A stretch of 64,000 nucleotides of DNA from an uncultured delta proteobacterium (GTDB lineage: Bacteria > Desulfobacterota > Binatia > DP-6). The position numbers and the translations under genes are program-made. Positions 49,029-59,791 of this stretch are shown piece by piece. The notes beneath the pieces are model-generated. The model was given only the letters and a program-made list of their open reading frames with translations. It did not search any database and was not told where the DNA came from. The stretch is from positions 1,120,001 to 1,184,000 of the forward strand of contig CAWFFN010000005.1 of assembly GCA_963815115.1 (NCBI GenBank), read 5' to 3'. The first letter of the stretch is position 1, and each line of letters starts with the position of its first letter.

Positions 49029-49792
49029 CAGCGAGACTCCTGATACTGCACGATCCGCGTGAAGCTGGCCGCGTCGAGGCTGGCGCCGCCAACGAGCGCA
49101 CCGTCTATGTCGGCCTCGGCCATCAGCGCGTCGATGTTGTCGGGTTTGACGCTGCCCCCGTACAGGATCCGCACGCCGTCTGCCACCGCGGCGCCGGCCA
49201 GATCGGCGAGCAGCCCGCGGATCGCCCGATGCACCTCCTGCGCCTGGGCCGGCGTGGCGGTGCGCCCGGTTCCGATGGCCCACACGGGCTCGTAGGCCAG
49301 CACGCAGCGTCCGACCGCCGCGGCGTCGAGGCCGGCGAGGCCGCCGCGTACCTGGCGCTCGACGACCGTCCCGGTCGTCCCGGCTTCGCGCTCGGCGAGC
49401 GTCTCGCCCACGCAGACGATAGGCACCAGGCCTGCGCCCAGCGCGCCACGGGTACGCGCGTTCACGCCCGCGTCGGTCTCGCCGAAGTACTGACGCCTCT
49501 CCGAGTGCCCGACGATGACGTGCGTGCACCCGGCCTCGACGAGCATGGCCGCACAGATCTCGCCGGTGAAGGCGCCCCTGGGATCGCCGTGGACGTTCTG
49601 CGCCGCGAGCAGGATGCGCGTCCCCGCGATCGCCTGGCGCGCGGCCTCCAGCGCGGTGAACGGCGGGGCGATCAGCGACTCGCGCCCGGTGACGGCGCCC
49701 ACGCTCTTCGCCAGCGCCCCGGCGAGCGCGCCCGTCTCGGCGCGCGTGCCGTGCATCTTCCAGTTGCCGGCGAGCAGGGGGATCCGGGCCAT
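49028..49792 (-). CDS. tpiA: Triosephosphate isomerase
   Basis: AGNWKM, GHSERR, AYEPVWAIGTG and YGGSV motifs. Confidence 0.98.
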   Translation of the reverse strand: MARIPLLAGNWKMHGTRAETGALAGALAKSVGAVTGRESLIAPPFTALEAARQAIAGTRILLAAQNVHGDPRGAFTGEICAAMLVEAGCTHVIVGHSERRQYFGETDAGVNARTRGALGAGLVPIVCVGETLAEREAGTTGTVVERQVRGGLAGLDAAAVGRCVLAYEPVWAIGTGRTATPAQAQEVHRAIRGLLADLAGAAVADGVRILYGGSVKPDNIDALMAEADIDGALVGGASLDAASFTRIVQYQESR

Positions 49793-49797
49793 GAGCG

Positions 49798-50973
49798 CTA
49801 GCCCTCCAGGGCCTTCACGCCGGGCAGCTCGCGTCCCTCGAGGAACTCGAGCGACGCGCCACCGCCGGTGGAGACATGGGTGACGGCAGCGGTCTTTCCG
49901 GCGCGGGCCAGCGCGGCGACCGAGTCGCCGCCGCCGACGACCGTGACGCCGTCACAGCTCGCCAGCGCCGCCGCCACCGCCATCGTGCCGTGGCTGAACG
50001 CGTCGATCTCGAAGATGCCCATCGGTCCGTTCCAGAGCACGGTCCGGGCCGCGGCGATCTCCGCGGCATAGCGCCGTGCCGTCTCGGGGCCGATGTCGAC
50101 GCCGAGCAGGTCGGCGGGAAACTCGTCGGCCCCTACCACGCGAGTGGACGCGCCGGCCTCGGGCTTGTCTGCCGCGACGTGGTCCATCGGGAGCAGCACG
50201 CCGACGCCCGCTTGCGCGGCGCGCTCCAGGGTCTCGCGCGCCAGCTCGATCTTGTCGTCCTCGACGCGCGAGCGACCCACGGGCTTTCCCTGTGCGCGCA
50301 GGAACGTGTAGGCCATCGCTCCGCCGATCAGGAACGACGTCACGCGCGACAGCAGGTGCTCGATGACGCCGATCTTGTCCGACACCTTCGCGCCGCCGAG
50401 CACCGCCACGAAGGGCTTCTCGGGCGCGCGCATGAGACGCGAGAGCATCTCGACCTCGCGCGCCAGCAGCAGTCCGGCCGCGCTTTCGCGCACCAGCGGC
50501 ACCATGCCGGCCGTGGACGCGTGCGCCCGATGTGCGGCACCGAAGGCATCGTCGACGTAGACGTCCGCCAGGCGGGCGAGCTGGGCGGCGAAGGCGGGAT
50601 CGTTGCGCTCTTCCTCGGCGTGGAAGCGCAGGTTCTCGAGCAGCACGACGTCGCCGCGCTCCATCTTCCCGACCAGCTGCTCCGTCTCGCTGCCGACGCA
50701 GTCGGGTGCGAGCGTGACCGGACGGCCGAGACGCGACGCCAGCACGTCTGCCACGGGCCGGAGCGACAGCTCGGCGCTGCGCTTTCCCTTCGGACGTCCG
50801 AGGTGCGAGGCGAGCACGAGCTTGGCGTCGCGCTCGAGCAGCCAGCGCAGGGTCGGCAGCGTGGCGTCGATGCGGGTGGCGTCGCCGACGCCGCCGTTCG
50901 CGAGCGGCACGTTGAAGTCGGCGCGCACGAACACGCGCTTGCCGGCGACGTCGAGATCGTGCAGAGAGCGCAT
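49798..50973 (-). CDS. pgk: Phosphoglycerate kinase
   Basis: RADFNVP, LLENLRF, WNGPMG and STGGGASLE motifs. Confidence 0.98.
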   Translation of the reverse strand: MRSLHDLDVAGKRVFVRADFNVPLANGGVGDATRIDATLPTLRWLLERDAKLVLASHLGRPKGKRSAELSLRPVADVLASRLGRPVTLAPDCVGSETEQLVGKMERGDVVLLENLRFHAEEERNDPAFAAQLARLADVYVDDAFGAAHRAHASTAGMVPLVRESAAGLLLAREVEMLSRLMRAPEKPFVAVLGGAKVSDKIGVIEHLLSRVTSFLIGGAMAYTFLRAQGKPVGRSRVEDDKIELARETLERAAQAGVGVLLPMDHVAADKPEAGASTRVVGADEFPADLLGVDIGPETARRYAAEIAAARTVLWNGPMGIFEIDAFSHGTMAVAAALASCDGVTVVGGGDSVAALARAGKTAAVTHVSTGGGASLEFLEGRELPGVKALEG

Positions 50974-50982
50974 GTCCCGCGC

Positions 50983-51987
50983 CTAGAGCTTCTTGCCGAT
51001 CAGCAGGGACACGTCCCGCATGCGGTTCGAGAAGCCCCACTCGTTGTCGTACCACGACAGCACCTTGGCGAAGTTGCCGTCGATCACGGTGGTGAGCAGG
51101 CTGTCGAAGATCGACGAGTAGGGGCTGTGGTTGAAATCGGCCGAGACGAGCGGCTCGTCGCTGTAGCAGAGAATGCCCTTCAGCGGTCCGCTCGCCGCCG
51201 CGCGCATCGCAGCGTTGATGGCGTCCTTGGTGGTGGGCTTTCCCAGCTCGCAGGAGAGATCGACGAGCGATACGTTCGGCGTCGGCACGCGCACGGCCAT
51301 GCCGTCGAGCTTGCCGGCCAGCTCGGGGATGACGAGTCCGATGGCCTTCGCGGCCCCCGTGCTGGTGGGAATCATCGAGAGGGCGGCGGCGCGGGCGCGG
51401 CGCAGGTCCTCGTGCGGCAGGTCCAGGATGCGCTGGTCGTTGGTGTACGCGTGCACGGTCGTCATCAGACCTCGGGTGATGCCGAAGCTCTCGTGCAGCA
51501 CCTTGGCGATCGGCGCCAGGCAGTTGGTGGTGCACGACGCGTTCGACACGACGTGATGCTTCCCCGGGTCGTAGGCGGCGTGGTTCACCCCGTACGCGAT
51601 CGTGAAGTCGGCGCCCTTCGCGGGGGCCGAGATGATCACCTTCCTGGCGCCGGCCTCCAGGTGCTTGGCGGCCTTGTCCCGATCGGTGAAGAGGCCGCTG
51701 CACTCGAGCACCAGGTCCACGCCGAGGGCCTTCCAGGGCAGCCTGGCGGGGTCGCGCTCGGCGAGCACCTTGACGCTGCGCTGGCCGACCACGAGTGCGC
51801 CGCCCTCCGCCTTCACCTCGTGGGCGAGCGTTCCGTGTATCGAATCGTACTTCAGGAGGTGGGCGAGGGTCTCGGCGCTGGTGATGTCGTTCACCGCCAC
51901 GAAGTCGAGCTGATCCTCGTCGAGACAGGCCCGGAACACGTTGCGGCCGATTCGTCCGAAGCCGTTGATGCCCACACGGATCGCCAT
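50983..51987 (-). CDS. gap: Glyceraldehyde-3-phosphate dehydrogenase type I
   Basis: [17 protein letters not shown] and WYDNEWG motifs. Confidence 0.98.
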   Translation of the reverse strand: MAIRVGINGFGRIGRNVFRACLDEDQLDFVAVNDITSAETLAHLLKYDSIHGTLAHEVKAEGGALVVGQRSVKVLAERDPARLPWKALGVDLVLECSGLFTDRDKAAKHLEAGARKVIISAPAKGADFTIAYGVNHAAYDPGKHHVVSNASCTTNCLAPIAKVLHESFGITRGLMTTVHAYTNDQRILDLPHEDLRRARAAALSMIPTSTGAAKAIGLVIPELAGKLDGMAVRVPTPNVSLVDLSCELGKPTTKDAINAAMRAAASGPLKGILCYSDEPLVSADFNHSPYSSIFDSLLTTVIDGNFAKVLSWYDNEWGFSNRMRDVSLLIGKKL

Positions 51988-52161
51988 GCCCAGAACCTCT
52001 TTCTCCCGGAAAATGCCCGCGCCGACGGGCGCTTGGCGTATACCCAGCGTGCGCCGGCAGGGTCAAGGCGAGTGGCCGGCGGGTTTGACGCTCACCGACC
52101 CCTGCGATACACGCAGCGCAGTGGTGTGGAGAGGCGGCCGCGGCCCGGCCCTCATCGGCGC

Positions 52162-52932
52162 ATGGTTCTTCAGGTCCTGGGTCTTCTGATCGGTCTCGGG
52201 ACGGCCGCCGCGCAGACGAACGGGCTCGCGGTGGAGCCCTTGCCCGTCCCGCAGCGCGAGGTCTGGGAGCTGCTCATCGGCTCGGGCTGGATGGTTCGCC
52301 TCGTACTGGTGGTGCTGCTCGCGACGTCGATCGGCTCCTGGGGAATCGCGTTCGCCAAGGGACGTGAGATGCGCCGCGCCCGGCGCCAGTCCGGTCGCTT
52401 CATCGACGTCTTCTGGGAAGCGAAGAACCTGAGCGCCATCCAGGCAGCGAGCAGCGAGATGAAGGAGAGCCCGGTTGCCCAGGTCTTCCGGGCCGGTTAC
52501 CAGGAGCTGCAGCGGCTGACGCGGGCGAAGCGCGGGGCGGGCGAGGACGCCGACTCCGAGTTCGGGGGGATCGAGACCGTGCAGCGCGCCATGCAGCGGG
52601 CCCGGACGCAGGAGGTGACGCGGCTCGAGCGCGGGCTCACGTTTCTCGCCACCACCGCGAGCACGGCCCCCTTCATCGGGCTCTTCGGCACGGTCTGGGG
52701 GATCATGACCGCGTTCATGGGACTCTCCACCACGACGTCGTCGAGCATCCAGGCCGTCGCTCCGGGAATCGCCGAGGCGCTCATCGCGACGGCCGTCGGG
52801 CTCGCGGCGGCCATTCCCGCGGTCGTCATGTACAACCGTTTCGCGCGCCAGGTTCGCGTGTTGACTGCCGAGATGGACACCTTCGGCGCAGAATTCCTGA
52901 ACATCGCCGAGCGGCATTTTCTGAAGAAGTGA
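52162..52932 (+). CDS. tolQ: Tol-Pal subunit TolQ
   Basis: APFIGLFGTVWGIM and VAPGIAEALIATA motifs; ATG 52162. Confidence 0.95.
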   Translation: MVLQVLGLLIGLGTAAAQTNGLAVEPLPVPQREVWELLIGSGWMVRLVLVVLLATSIGSWGIAFAKGREMRRARRQSGRFIDVFWEAKNLSAIQAASSEMKESPVAQVFRAGYQELQRLTRAKRGAGEDADSEFGGIETVQRAMQRARTQEVTRLERGLTFLATTASTAPFIGLFGTVWGIMTAFMGLSTTTSSSIQAVAPGIAEALIATAVGLAAAIPAVVMYNRFARQVRVLTAEMDTFGAEFLNIAERHFLKK

Positions 52933-53351
52933 GCATGGCCTTCGGGGGACCGGGCAGCGGCGACTCCATCGCCGACATCAACGTGACGCCGCTGGTGGAC
53001 GTCATGCTGGTGTTGCTCATCATCTTCATGGTGACGGCGCCCATCCTGCAGCAGGGCGTCGCCATAGACCTGCCGAAGACCACGGCCGGGGCTCTCGCCG
53101 GCGCGGAGGAGCAGCTCGTCGTCAACATCGCGAAGACCGGTCAGGTCTACCTGAACGACACGCCGTGCACGCTCTCCCAGCTCACGGAGAAGCTGCGCGC
53201 GATCGGCTCGGCGCATCGCGACCGCCCGATCTACGTCCGTGCCGACCAGGCGGTGCCCTATGGACAGGTCATGCGGGCGATGGCCGCGGTACGCGAGGCC
53301 GGCCTCGTGCGGGTCGGGCTGGTGACGGAACCGCCGCCCGAGCCACGATAG
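52929..53351 (+). CDS. tolR: Tol-Pal subunit TolR
   Basis: INVTPLVDVMLVLLIIFMVTAP motif. Confidence 0.95.
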   Translation: MSMAFGGPGSGDSIADINVTPLVDVMLVLLIIFMVTAPILQQGVAIDLPKTTAGALAGAEEQLVVNIAKTGQVYLNDTPCTLSQLTEKLRAIGSAHRDRPIYVRADQAVPYGQVMRAMAAVREAGLVRVGLVTEPPPEPR

Positions 53352-53364
53352 GAAGCGATAGGGA

Positions 53365-54640
53365 ATGTCGCGCACCCTGCCTCTCGGGATCGCCCCCGAG
53401 TGGGACCGGGACTTCACCGTCATGGTGGGCGTCTCGGCGCTGCTGCACGCGGCGCTGGGGGCGCTCGTCGTGTTCCTGATCACGCTCGCGCCCGTACCGC
53501 TCCCTCCGCTGCAGTCGTACACCGTCGAGCTGACCGATCCGAGCGCACTGGGCGGCCGGCTGGCCTTCGGCCCGCTCGATCGCCCGCTCGGCCGGCCGGC
53601 ACGGATCGCCCCCGCCAGCGGCGGGGCAGCCGAGGGGCCGGCCCGGACGGGCGAGCCGGCGCCGGTGGCCCCGCCGGAGGCGCCCAAGCCGGTGAAGGTG
53701 GCGGAGGCGCCGCCGCCGACGGCTCCTCCGGCGACGACGCCCCCGGCGACCCTGCCGCCGAAACCGGCGCCGCCTGCGGACGCCGTGGCGGTGCCGAAGG
53801 TCACCACCGAGCCACCCAGGCAGGTCGAGAAGCCCAGGCCGGTGGAGACCGCCAAGCCGACGCCCGTCGAGCCCGCGAAGCCGAGGCCGGCCGAGGCCGC
53901 CAAGCCGAAGCCCGTGGAGGCGGCGAAGCCGCCGCCGGCTGCCACACCGCTCGAAGCGGCGAAGGTCAAGGCGAAGACCCCACAGCCGACGCCGCCCGAG
54001 CCGAAGCCGGCGCCGGCGAAGGCCCAGGCCCATGCCGCCGTCCAAGCCAACCGAAGTGGCGGAGGTCCCGAGCGCGGCCCCCATGAAAGCGGGCGAGAGC
54101 AGGCCGGCGACCGTGAGACCGGGCGAGGCGAAGACGCCGCCGCCTGCGGCGCCCGCGACCGGTACCGAAGGAACGGGGAGCGGCGGATCGGCAGAGGAGA
54201 AGGTGGACGAGAAATTCGCCGCCGCCGCCGAGCATTGGCGGAGCCGCATGGCGAGCGGCGGCGGCGGGCTCGACGGCGCCGCCGCCGAGCACGGTCCCAT
54301 CGGCGAAGGCACGCCGGGGGAAGGCGGTGGAGGCACGGTCGTCGGGACCGAGTTCCTGGCCTACCGACAGCGCATCTTCGGCATCATCAAGACCAACTGG
54401 GTGCAGGCCGACCGCAAGTCCAAGCTCGTCGCCCTGGTGCGCTTCGAGATCACGCCCGAGGGTGAGATCGGCAACGTGCGGCTGGAGCGCAGCTCGGGCG
54501 ACAAGGCCTACGATCTGTCGGTCATGCGCGCCGTCGAGCGCTCCAGCCCGCTCCCGCCGCCGCCCGAGCAGCACCGCGACGCCTTCCACGAGGTGGTGAT
54601 CGAGTTCCATTCCGAGGAGGGAGGACGCGGAACGGGATGA
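53365..54640 (+). CDS. tolA: TolA/TonB-family protein, frameshift near 54021
   Basis: TM SALLH, Pro/Lys-rich linker; the TonB_C-like domain (SSGDKAYD.S..RAV..PLP.PP) is in another frame. Confidence 0.8.
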
Positions 54641-55947
54641 GACGCATGGCCCTCATCGGCGCGGCGCTGCTCGCGCTGTTCGCCACCGCGCCGGCGTACG
54701 CCGTGGTCACGGGGAGCATCTTCGGTCCCGGCAGCGAGTCGTTCGCGATCGCCGTCGTGCCGCCCAGGAGCACCGGCGGCGGCACCGCCGCGTCGCTGGC
54801 GCAGCAGTTCGCGCGCGTGCTGTCCCGTGACCTGGAGCTCTCCGGGTACTTCCGGGTGCTCGACCCGCGCACCTTCGTCGAGGATCAGCAGACCGCCGGC
54901 GTGACCGCCGACGCCATCGACTTCGTCAGCTGGGCTTCCATCGGCGCGCAGCAGCTCGTGAAGGGCACGATCGACGGCGACGGCGATTCCGTCACCATCG
55001 AGGTGAGACTGTTCGACGTCGCGGAGCGGCGGGACCTGGCGGACTCCGGACGGCGGCTCCAGGGATCACGCGCGGACGTCCCTCGGCTGGCTCACCGCTA
55101 CGCCGATCAGCTGCTCGCGGTGGTCACCGGAGAGCGCGGTCCCTTCGACTCGAAGATCGCGCTCACCAGCACCCGCGGCGGTCGCCTGAAGGACGTCTAC
55201 GTCTACACCTTCGACATGACGGTGCCGGCACGGCTCACCAACGAGCGTTCCATCACCGTCGCGCCGGCGTGGCGTCCCGACCAGCGCAGCGTCCTCTTCG
55301 CATCCTATCGCGAGCACCAGCCCCGGCTCTTCGAGGTGGACCTGACGAGCCGGGCCGTCGCCCAGTTCTCGACCGATGCGCGGGTCTACATCGGCGGCGC
55401 CTGGTCGCCCGACGGCACGCAGGTCCTCGCCACGCGTGAGGACGACGGCAACACGGACATCGAGCTGCTCGATCGCTGGGGCGCGGTCGTGCGGCGCCTC
55501 ACCGATCACTGGGGCATCGACGTCTCGCCCGCCTGGGCGCCCGACGGGCGGCGGTTCGCGTTCTGCTCCAGCCGCTCCGGCTCGCCGCAGATCTACACCA
55601 TGGCGATCGACGAGAAGGAGCCCACCCGCGTCTCGCGGACCGGCGCCTACAACACCTCGCCGGCGTGGTCCCCGAAGGGCGACCTGGTCGCCTGGGCCAC
55701 GCGGACCGGCGACACGTTCCAGATCGTGGTCGCCCGCGCCAACGGCGCGGACGCGAAGACCATCACGGGCGCCGGCAGCAACGAGGATCCGTCGTGGGCG
55801 CCGGACGGGCGCTACCTGGTGTTCTCGTCGTCGCGCAGCGGACGGCGCACGCTGTGGCTCGCCGACCGCGACGGCCGGACTCAGAAAGAATTGACCACCG
55901 GGGGTGGCGATGATACGTCGCCGGCGTGGTCGTCGCGGTCCGAGTGA
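54637..55947 (+). CDS. tolB: Tol-Pal beta-propeller protein TolB
   Basis: Repeated SPAW(S/A)PDG-type motifs; operon position. Confidence 0.95.
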   Translation: MRRMALIGAALLALFATAPAYAVVTGSIFGPGSESFAIAVVPPRSTGGGTAASLAQQFARVLSRDLELSGYFRVLDPRTFVEDQQTAGVTADAIDFVSWASIGAQQLVKGTIDGDGDSVTIEVRLFDVAERRDLADSGRRLQGSRADVPRLAHRYADQLLAVVTGERGPFDSKIALTSTRGGRLKDVYVYTFDMTVPARLTNERSITVAPAWRPDQRSVLFASYREHQPRLFEVDLTSRAVAQFSTDARVYIGGAWSPDGTQVLATREDDGNTDIELLDRWGAVVRRLTDHWGIDVSPAWAPDGRRFAFCSSRSGSPQIYTMAIDEKEPTRVSRTGAYNTSPAWSPKGDLVAWATRTGDTFQIVVARANGADAKTITGAGSNEDPSWAPDGRYLVFSSSRSGRRTLWLADRDGRTQKELTTGGGDDTSPAWSSRSE

Positions 55948-55963
55948 GGCCACGAGCGTGCGC

Positions 55964-56497
55964 ATGACGAGGGCGAGGAGGACGCGGGGCTGGGTGCTGG
56001 CGCTCTGTGCCCTGGTCGCTCTCGGCGGGTCCGCCTGCAAGAAGAAGGGCCCATCCCCGAACGAGAACGCCGAGGCGCCCGAGAGCGGCATCGGCGAGGA
56101 AGGCCTCGGTGGGGGAGGTAGCCTCGACCGGGCCCGGGAAGGGCTCGGGGCCGCCGAGGGGGGTCCCCTGCAGGACGTGCACTTCGACTACGACAGCGAC
56201 GATCTCGACGAGACGGCACGCGGAACCCTCGACCAGAACCTCCAGTGGCTGCGTGACAATCCGAAGGCGAGGGCCGAGCTCGAAGGCCATTGCGACACCC
56301 GGGGGACCATCGAGTACAATCTGGCCCTCGGTGCCAGGCGCGCGAAGGCGGTGAAGGACTACCTCACCGGCCAGGGACTCGCCGGCGAGCGCCTGTCCAC
56401 GATCAGCTACGGGAAGGAGCTGCCCCTGTGTCAGGAGGAGACCGAGGAATGCTGGGCGCGCAACCGTCGCGTGCATTCCGTCGTGGCCGGCCAGTGA
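55964..56497 (+). CDS. pal: Peptidoglycan-associated lipoprotein
   Basis: Lipobox GSAC; EGHCDTRGTIEYNLALGARRA, SYGKE and NRR motifs. Confidence 0.95.
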   Translation: MTRARRTRGWVLALCALVALGGSACKKKGPSPNENAEAPESGIGEEGLGGGGSLDRAREGLGAAEGGPLQDVHFDYDSDDLDETARGTLDQNLQWLRDNPKARAELEGHCDTRGTIEYNLALGARRAKAVKDYLTGQGLAGERLSTISYGKELPLCQEETEECWARNRRVHSVVAGQ

Positions 56498-57392
56498 AGC
56501 GTCTGGTTTTGCGTGCGGCTGCGGTCGCGCTCGCCATCGGGCTCGCCGGGTGCGCGACGCGCGCGGACCTTCTCGACCAGGATCGCCGGCTCCGCGGCAT
56601 GATGCGCGAGCAGGGACGCTCGATCGCGCAGGTGAAGCGCGAGGTCGAGCGCCTCCGCGCCGACGTCGAGGAGGGTGGCCACCGCACCAGCAGGGCGCCC
56701 GAGCCCGTGCCCGAGCACGAGCGCCTCGGCGACCTCGAACGCAAGGTGCAGCAGCTCGAGTCCGGCTCGAAGCAGATCGGCATGACCCTGTCGCCCGAGG
56801 GCATGTCGACCGAGGAGCCGGCAGCCGACACCGGCAGCACCGGCGAGACGCCGCCCGCTGCCGGCGAGACGCCGACCACCACCCTCCCTCCGCAGCAAAC
56901 GGCGGCGCTCGCGCCGCCCCCTCCACCGCCGCCTCCCCCCCGCCGCCCGCGGCCGTCGACGAGGAATGGAAGCGCGAGGTCGCCCAGGACCAGGCCGTCG
57001 CGGGCACCATGGGCGTGCCCGAGCGCGCGGACTACCTGAACGCGCTCGAGGGGCTATCGCGGGGCGACTGCTCGAAGGCGGTGCCGAAGCTGACCGCGAT
57101 CTCGTCGGGCTCCAAGGGCTCGCCGCTGGCCGACAACGCGCTCTACTGGCAGGCGCGCTGCGCCGAGACGCGGGGTGACCAGAACGGCGCGGTGAGCAGG
57201 TTCTACGACGTCGTTCAGCGCTACCCGAAGAGCGACAAGGCACCGGCGGCGCTCTGGCAGCAGGGCAAGCTCTTCCTGCGCATGGGCGACGCCCCCGACG
57301 CACGGCTGTCGATGTCGAAGCTCATCAAGGACTATCCGGCGTCGAGCGAGGCCGCACTGGCACGCCAGAAGCTGGCCGAGCTCGACCAGTAA
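56494..57392 (+). CDS. cpoB: CpoB/YbgF, frameshift in the C7 run at 56935-56941
   Basis: Lipobox LAGC and coiled coil; the TPR part (LADNALYW, YPKSDKAPAAL) is in another frame. Confidence 0.85.
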
Positions 57393-57432
57393 CTTCAAAG
57401 GCGTCCGGGCCTGGGCTATACGGGCCGCAGCG

Positions 57433-58407
57433 ATGCGCGTGATCCGCCACCTGGCGCACGTATTCCCGCCCCTCCGGCGCGTCGTGCTCACGCTCGGCAA
57501 CTTCGACGGCGTCCATCTCGGGCACCAGGCGATCGTGCAGCGCGCGGTCAGCGAGGCGCGCGCGCTCGGCGGTCAGGTCGTCGTGCTCACGTTCCACCCG
57601 CACCCGGTGGCGGTCCTCGCGCCCGAGCGCGCGTCGCCGCTCATCCAGTCGCTGCGCGATCGCCTCGTGCTGCTTCGTGACCTCGGCGCCGACGTGACCG
57701 TGGTGCAGCGGTTCACGCAACGCTTCGCCGCCCTCGAGCCGGAGGCGTTCGTGCGCGAGTTCCTGGGCAACCATCTGGAGCTCCTGCACGTCGTCGTGGG
57801 GAACAACGTCAGCTTCGGACACGGGCGCGCGGGGACGGTGGACACCCTGCGCGCTCTCGGCCCGCGCCTGGGATTCGCGGTCGACGCCGTCGGCCCCGTG
57901 ACCGTCGGGGAGGAGCAGGTGAGCAGCACGGCGCTCCGCCGCATGGTCGCCGCGGGTGACGTGCGCCGCGCGCGGCTACTGCTCGGGCGACCGGTGACGC
58001 TGCGTGGCCGCGTGGTGCGCGGCGAGCAGCGCGGCCGGACCCTCGGCTTCCCGACGGCCAACCTGCATCAGCCGAGCGGCCTCCTGCTGCCGGCCGACGG
58101 CGTGTACGCCGTGTGCGCACGGCTCGACGGGCGGCCCCATCCCGCCGTGCTGAACATCGGCGTGCGCCCCACCTTCGGGGTGCTCCGGCGCACCGTCGAG
58201 GCACACCTGCTCGACTTCGACGGCTCGCTCTACGGGCGCTGGCTCGTGCTCGAGCTGGTCGACCGCCTGCGCGGCGAGCAGCGCTTCACGGGTCCCGAGG
58301 CGCTGCGCCAGGCCATCGCCGCCGACGTGACCCGCGCCCGCGAGGTCCTGGCCGCTCCTGCCGCGACCCGAGACTTCGTCTCGGGTCGGGATGGAGAGCG
58401 AGAATGA
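57433..58407 (+). CDS. ribF: Bifunctional riboflavin kinase/FAD synthetase
   Basis: GNFDGVHLGHQ, GRTLGFPTAN and NIGVRPTF motifs. Confidence 0.97.
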   Translation: MRVIRHLAHVFPPLRRVVLTLGNFDGVHLGHQAIVQRAVSEARALGGQVVVLTFHPHPVAVLAPERASPLIQSLRDRLVLLRDLGADVTVVQRFTQRFAALEPEAFVREFLGNHLELLHVVVGNNVSFGHGRAGTVDTLRALGPRLGFAVDAVGPVTVGEEQVSSTALRRMVAAGDVRRARLLLGRPVTLRGRVVRGEQRGRTLGFPTANLHQPSGLLLPADGVYAVCARLDGRPHPAVLNIGVRPTFGVLRRTVEAHLLDFDGSLYGRWLVLELVDRLRGEQRFTGPEALRQAIAADVTRAREVLAAPAATRDFVSGRDGERE

Positions 58408-58654
58408 GACGTGATGATCAGTGCGGCCGTCGTGCCGCGGCCGGCGAAGCCGGCGCGGCAGACGTTCCGGAGCGCGAGGGGGTCGTTGGGTCGGCACGCT
58501 TGCAGATGCCGCAGGACTGGCTGAGTCAGAGCTTCGGGCGAGCTACGTTTTGCCGCGCCGGCTTTGCCGGCCGCGGCACGGCATCCGCCCGATCCACCGA
58601 ACGCCACACGTTCGCCTCCGCTCTCGACCCGAGACGGAGTCTCGGGTCGCGCTC
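58362..58654. mobile_element. Fold-back MITE with IS1182-type ends
   Basis: 27-bp terminal IR (26/27), 30-bp inner IR (29/30); right end matches the IS right end plus CTAG at 19/20. Confidence 0.8.
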
Positions 58655-58657
58655 CTA

Positions 58658-59629
58658 GTGGCGCGCGCGAGCCGGCTCGTGGTGCGCGTGCCGGTGGCGG
58701 CGGCCGGCATGCGGCTCGACCGCTTCCTGGCCACCCTGCCGGAGCTCGGGACGCGCTCGCGTGCGAAGGGCCTGATCGACGACGGTCGGGTCGCGGTCGA
58801 CGGATTGCCGCGCAAATCGGCCCACGCGGTCAAGGCGGGAGAGCGGATCGCCGTCACGGTGCCGCCGCCGGAGCCAACGGGCGTCGAGCCCGAGGCCCTG
58901 CCACTCGTCGTCCTCTTCGAGGACGCCCATCTCCTCGCCATCGACAAGCCGCCGGGCATGGTGGTTCATCCTGCTCCGGGCGTGCGGCGGGGCACGGTGG
59001 TCAACGCCGTCCTGCACCGCCTCGGCGCGCTGGAGACGGGCGGGGATCCGGAGCGCCCGGGAATCGTGCACCGCCTCGACCGCGACACCTCGGGCGTGCT
59101 GCTGGTCGCGCGCACCCCGCAGGCGCTCGAAGGACTGGCACGGCAGTTCCGGGAACGCACCCTCTCGAAGCGCTACCTTGCGGTGGTGCACGGCGTGGTA
59201 CGACCCGGCACCGGCGTGATCGACCAGGCGGTCGGTCGTCACCCGCTGGAGCGCCAGCGGATGAGCGTCGGCACGAGGCGCGGCCGGGCCGCCGTCACGC
59301 GCTTCGAGGTGGTCGAGCGCTTCCGGGGCGCCACGTTGATGCGCCTGACCCCCGAGACCGGCCGCACACATCAGATACGCGTGCACCTCGCGGCGCTCGG
59401 CCATCCCATCGTCGCGGACCGGGTCTATGGCGGCATCCGGGGGCGCCGCAGCCCGTCGATTCCCCCGGCGGTCGCGGCCGCGCTCGAGGCCTGTCCCCGC
59501 CAGGCGCTGCATGCCGAGGCCATCACGTTCACGCACCCGGTCTCCGGAGTGCGGCTGGAGGTCCGAGCGGCACTGCCGCCGGATCTCGTACGGCTGCTCG
59601 ATTCCCTGCGGAGCACTTTGCTGGCTTGA
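58658..59629 (+). CDS. rluD: RluA-family pseudouridine synthase (RluD-like); start uncertain
   Basis: S4 RLDRFLA, DKPPGMVVHP, RPGIVHRLDRDTSG and TGRTHQIRVH motifs. Confidence 0.92.
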   Translation: MARASRLVVRVPVAAAGMRLDRFLATLPELGTRSRAKGLIDDGRVAVDGLPRKSAHAVKAGERIAVTVPPPEPTGVEPEALPLVVLFEDAHLLAIDKPPGMVVHPAPGVRRGTVVNAVLHRLGALETGGDPERPGIVHRLDRDTSGVLLVARTPQALEGLARQFRERTLSKRYLAVVHGVVRPGTGVIDQAVGRHPLERQRMSVGTRRGRAAVTRFEVVERFRGATLMRLTPETGRTHQIRVHLAALGHPIVADRVYGGIRGRRSPSIPPAVAAALEACPRQALHAEAITFTHPVSGVRLEVRAALPPDLVRLLDSLRSTLLA

Positions 59630-59791
59630 CAGCCCCGGGCGGTTTCCCTACCTTCCGCCTCGGCCGGTCGAGGCCGGCTCCCATCTGCAGCGAGATTCAC
59701 GTCACTTCCGACCCGATATCCCGCCACTCCCGGCGCTCGGGCGTCCATCTCTGATCGTCATGTCCCTCGCGTACCTTCGAAGGCACCGCAC

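Noticed and set aside
49876-52161. 1018-aa ORF suggesting a giant TolQ fusion
   Set aside because: The upstream part is antisense to pgk and gap; TolQ starts at 52162.
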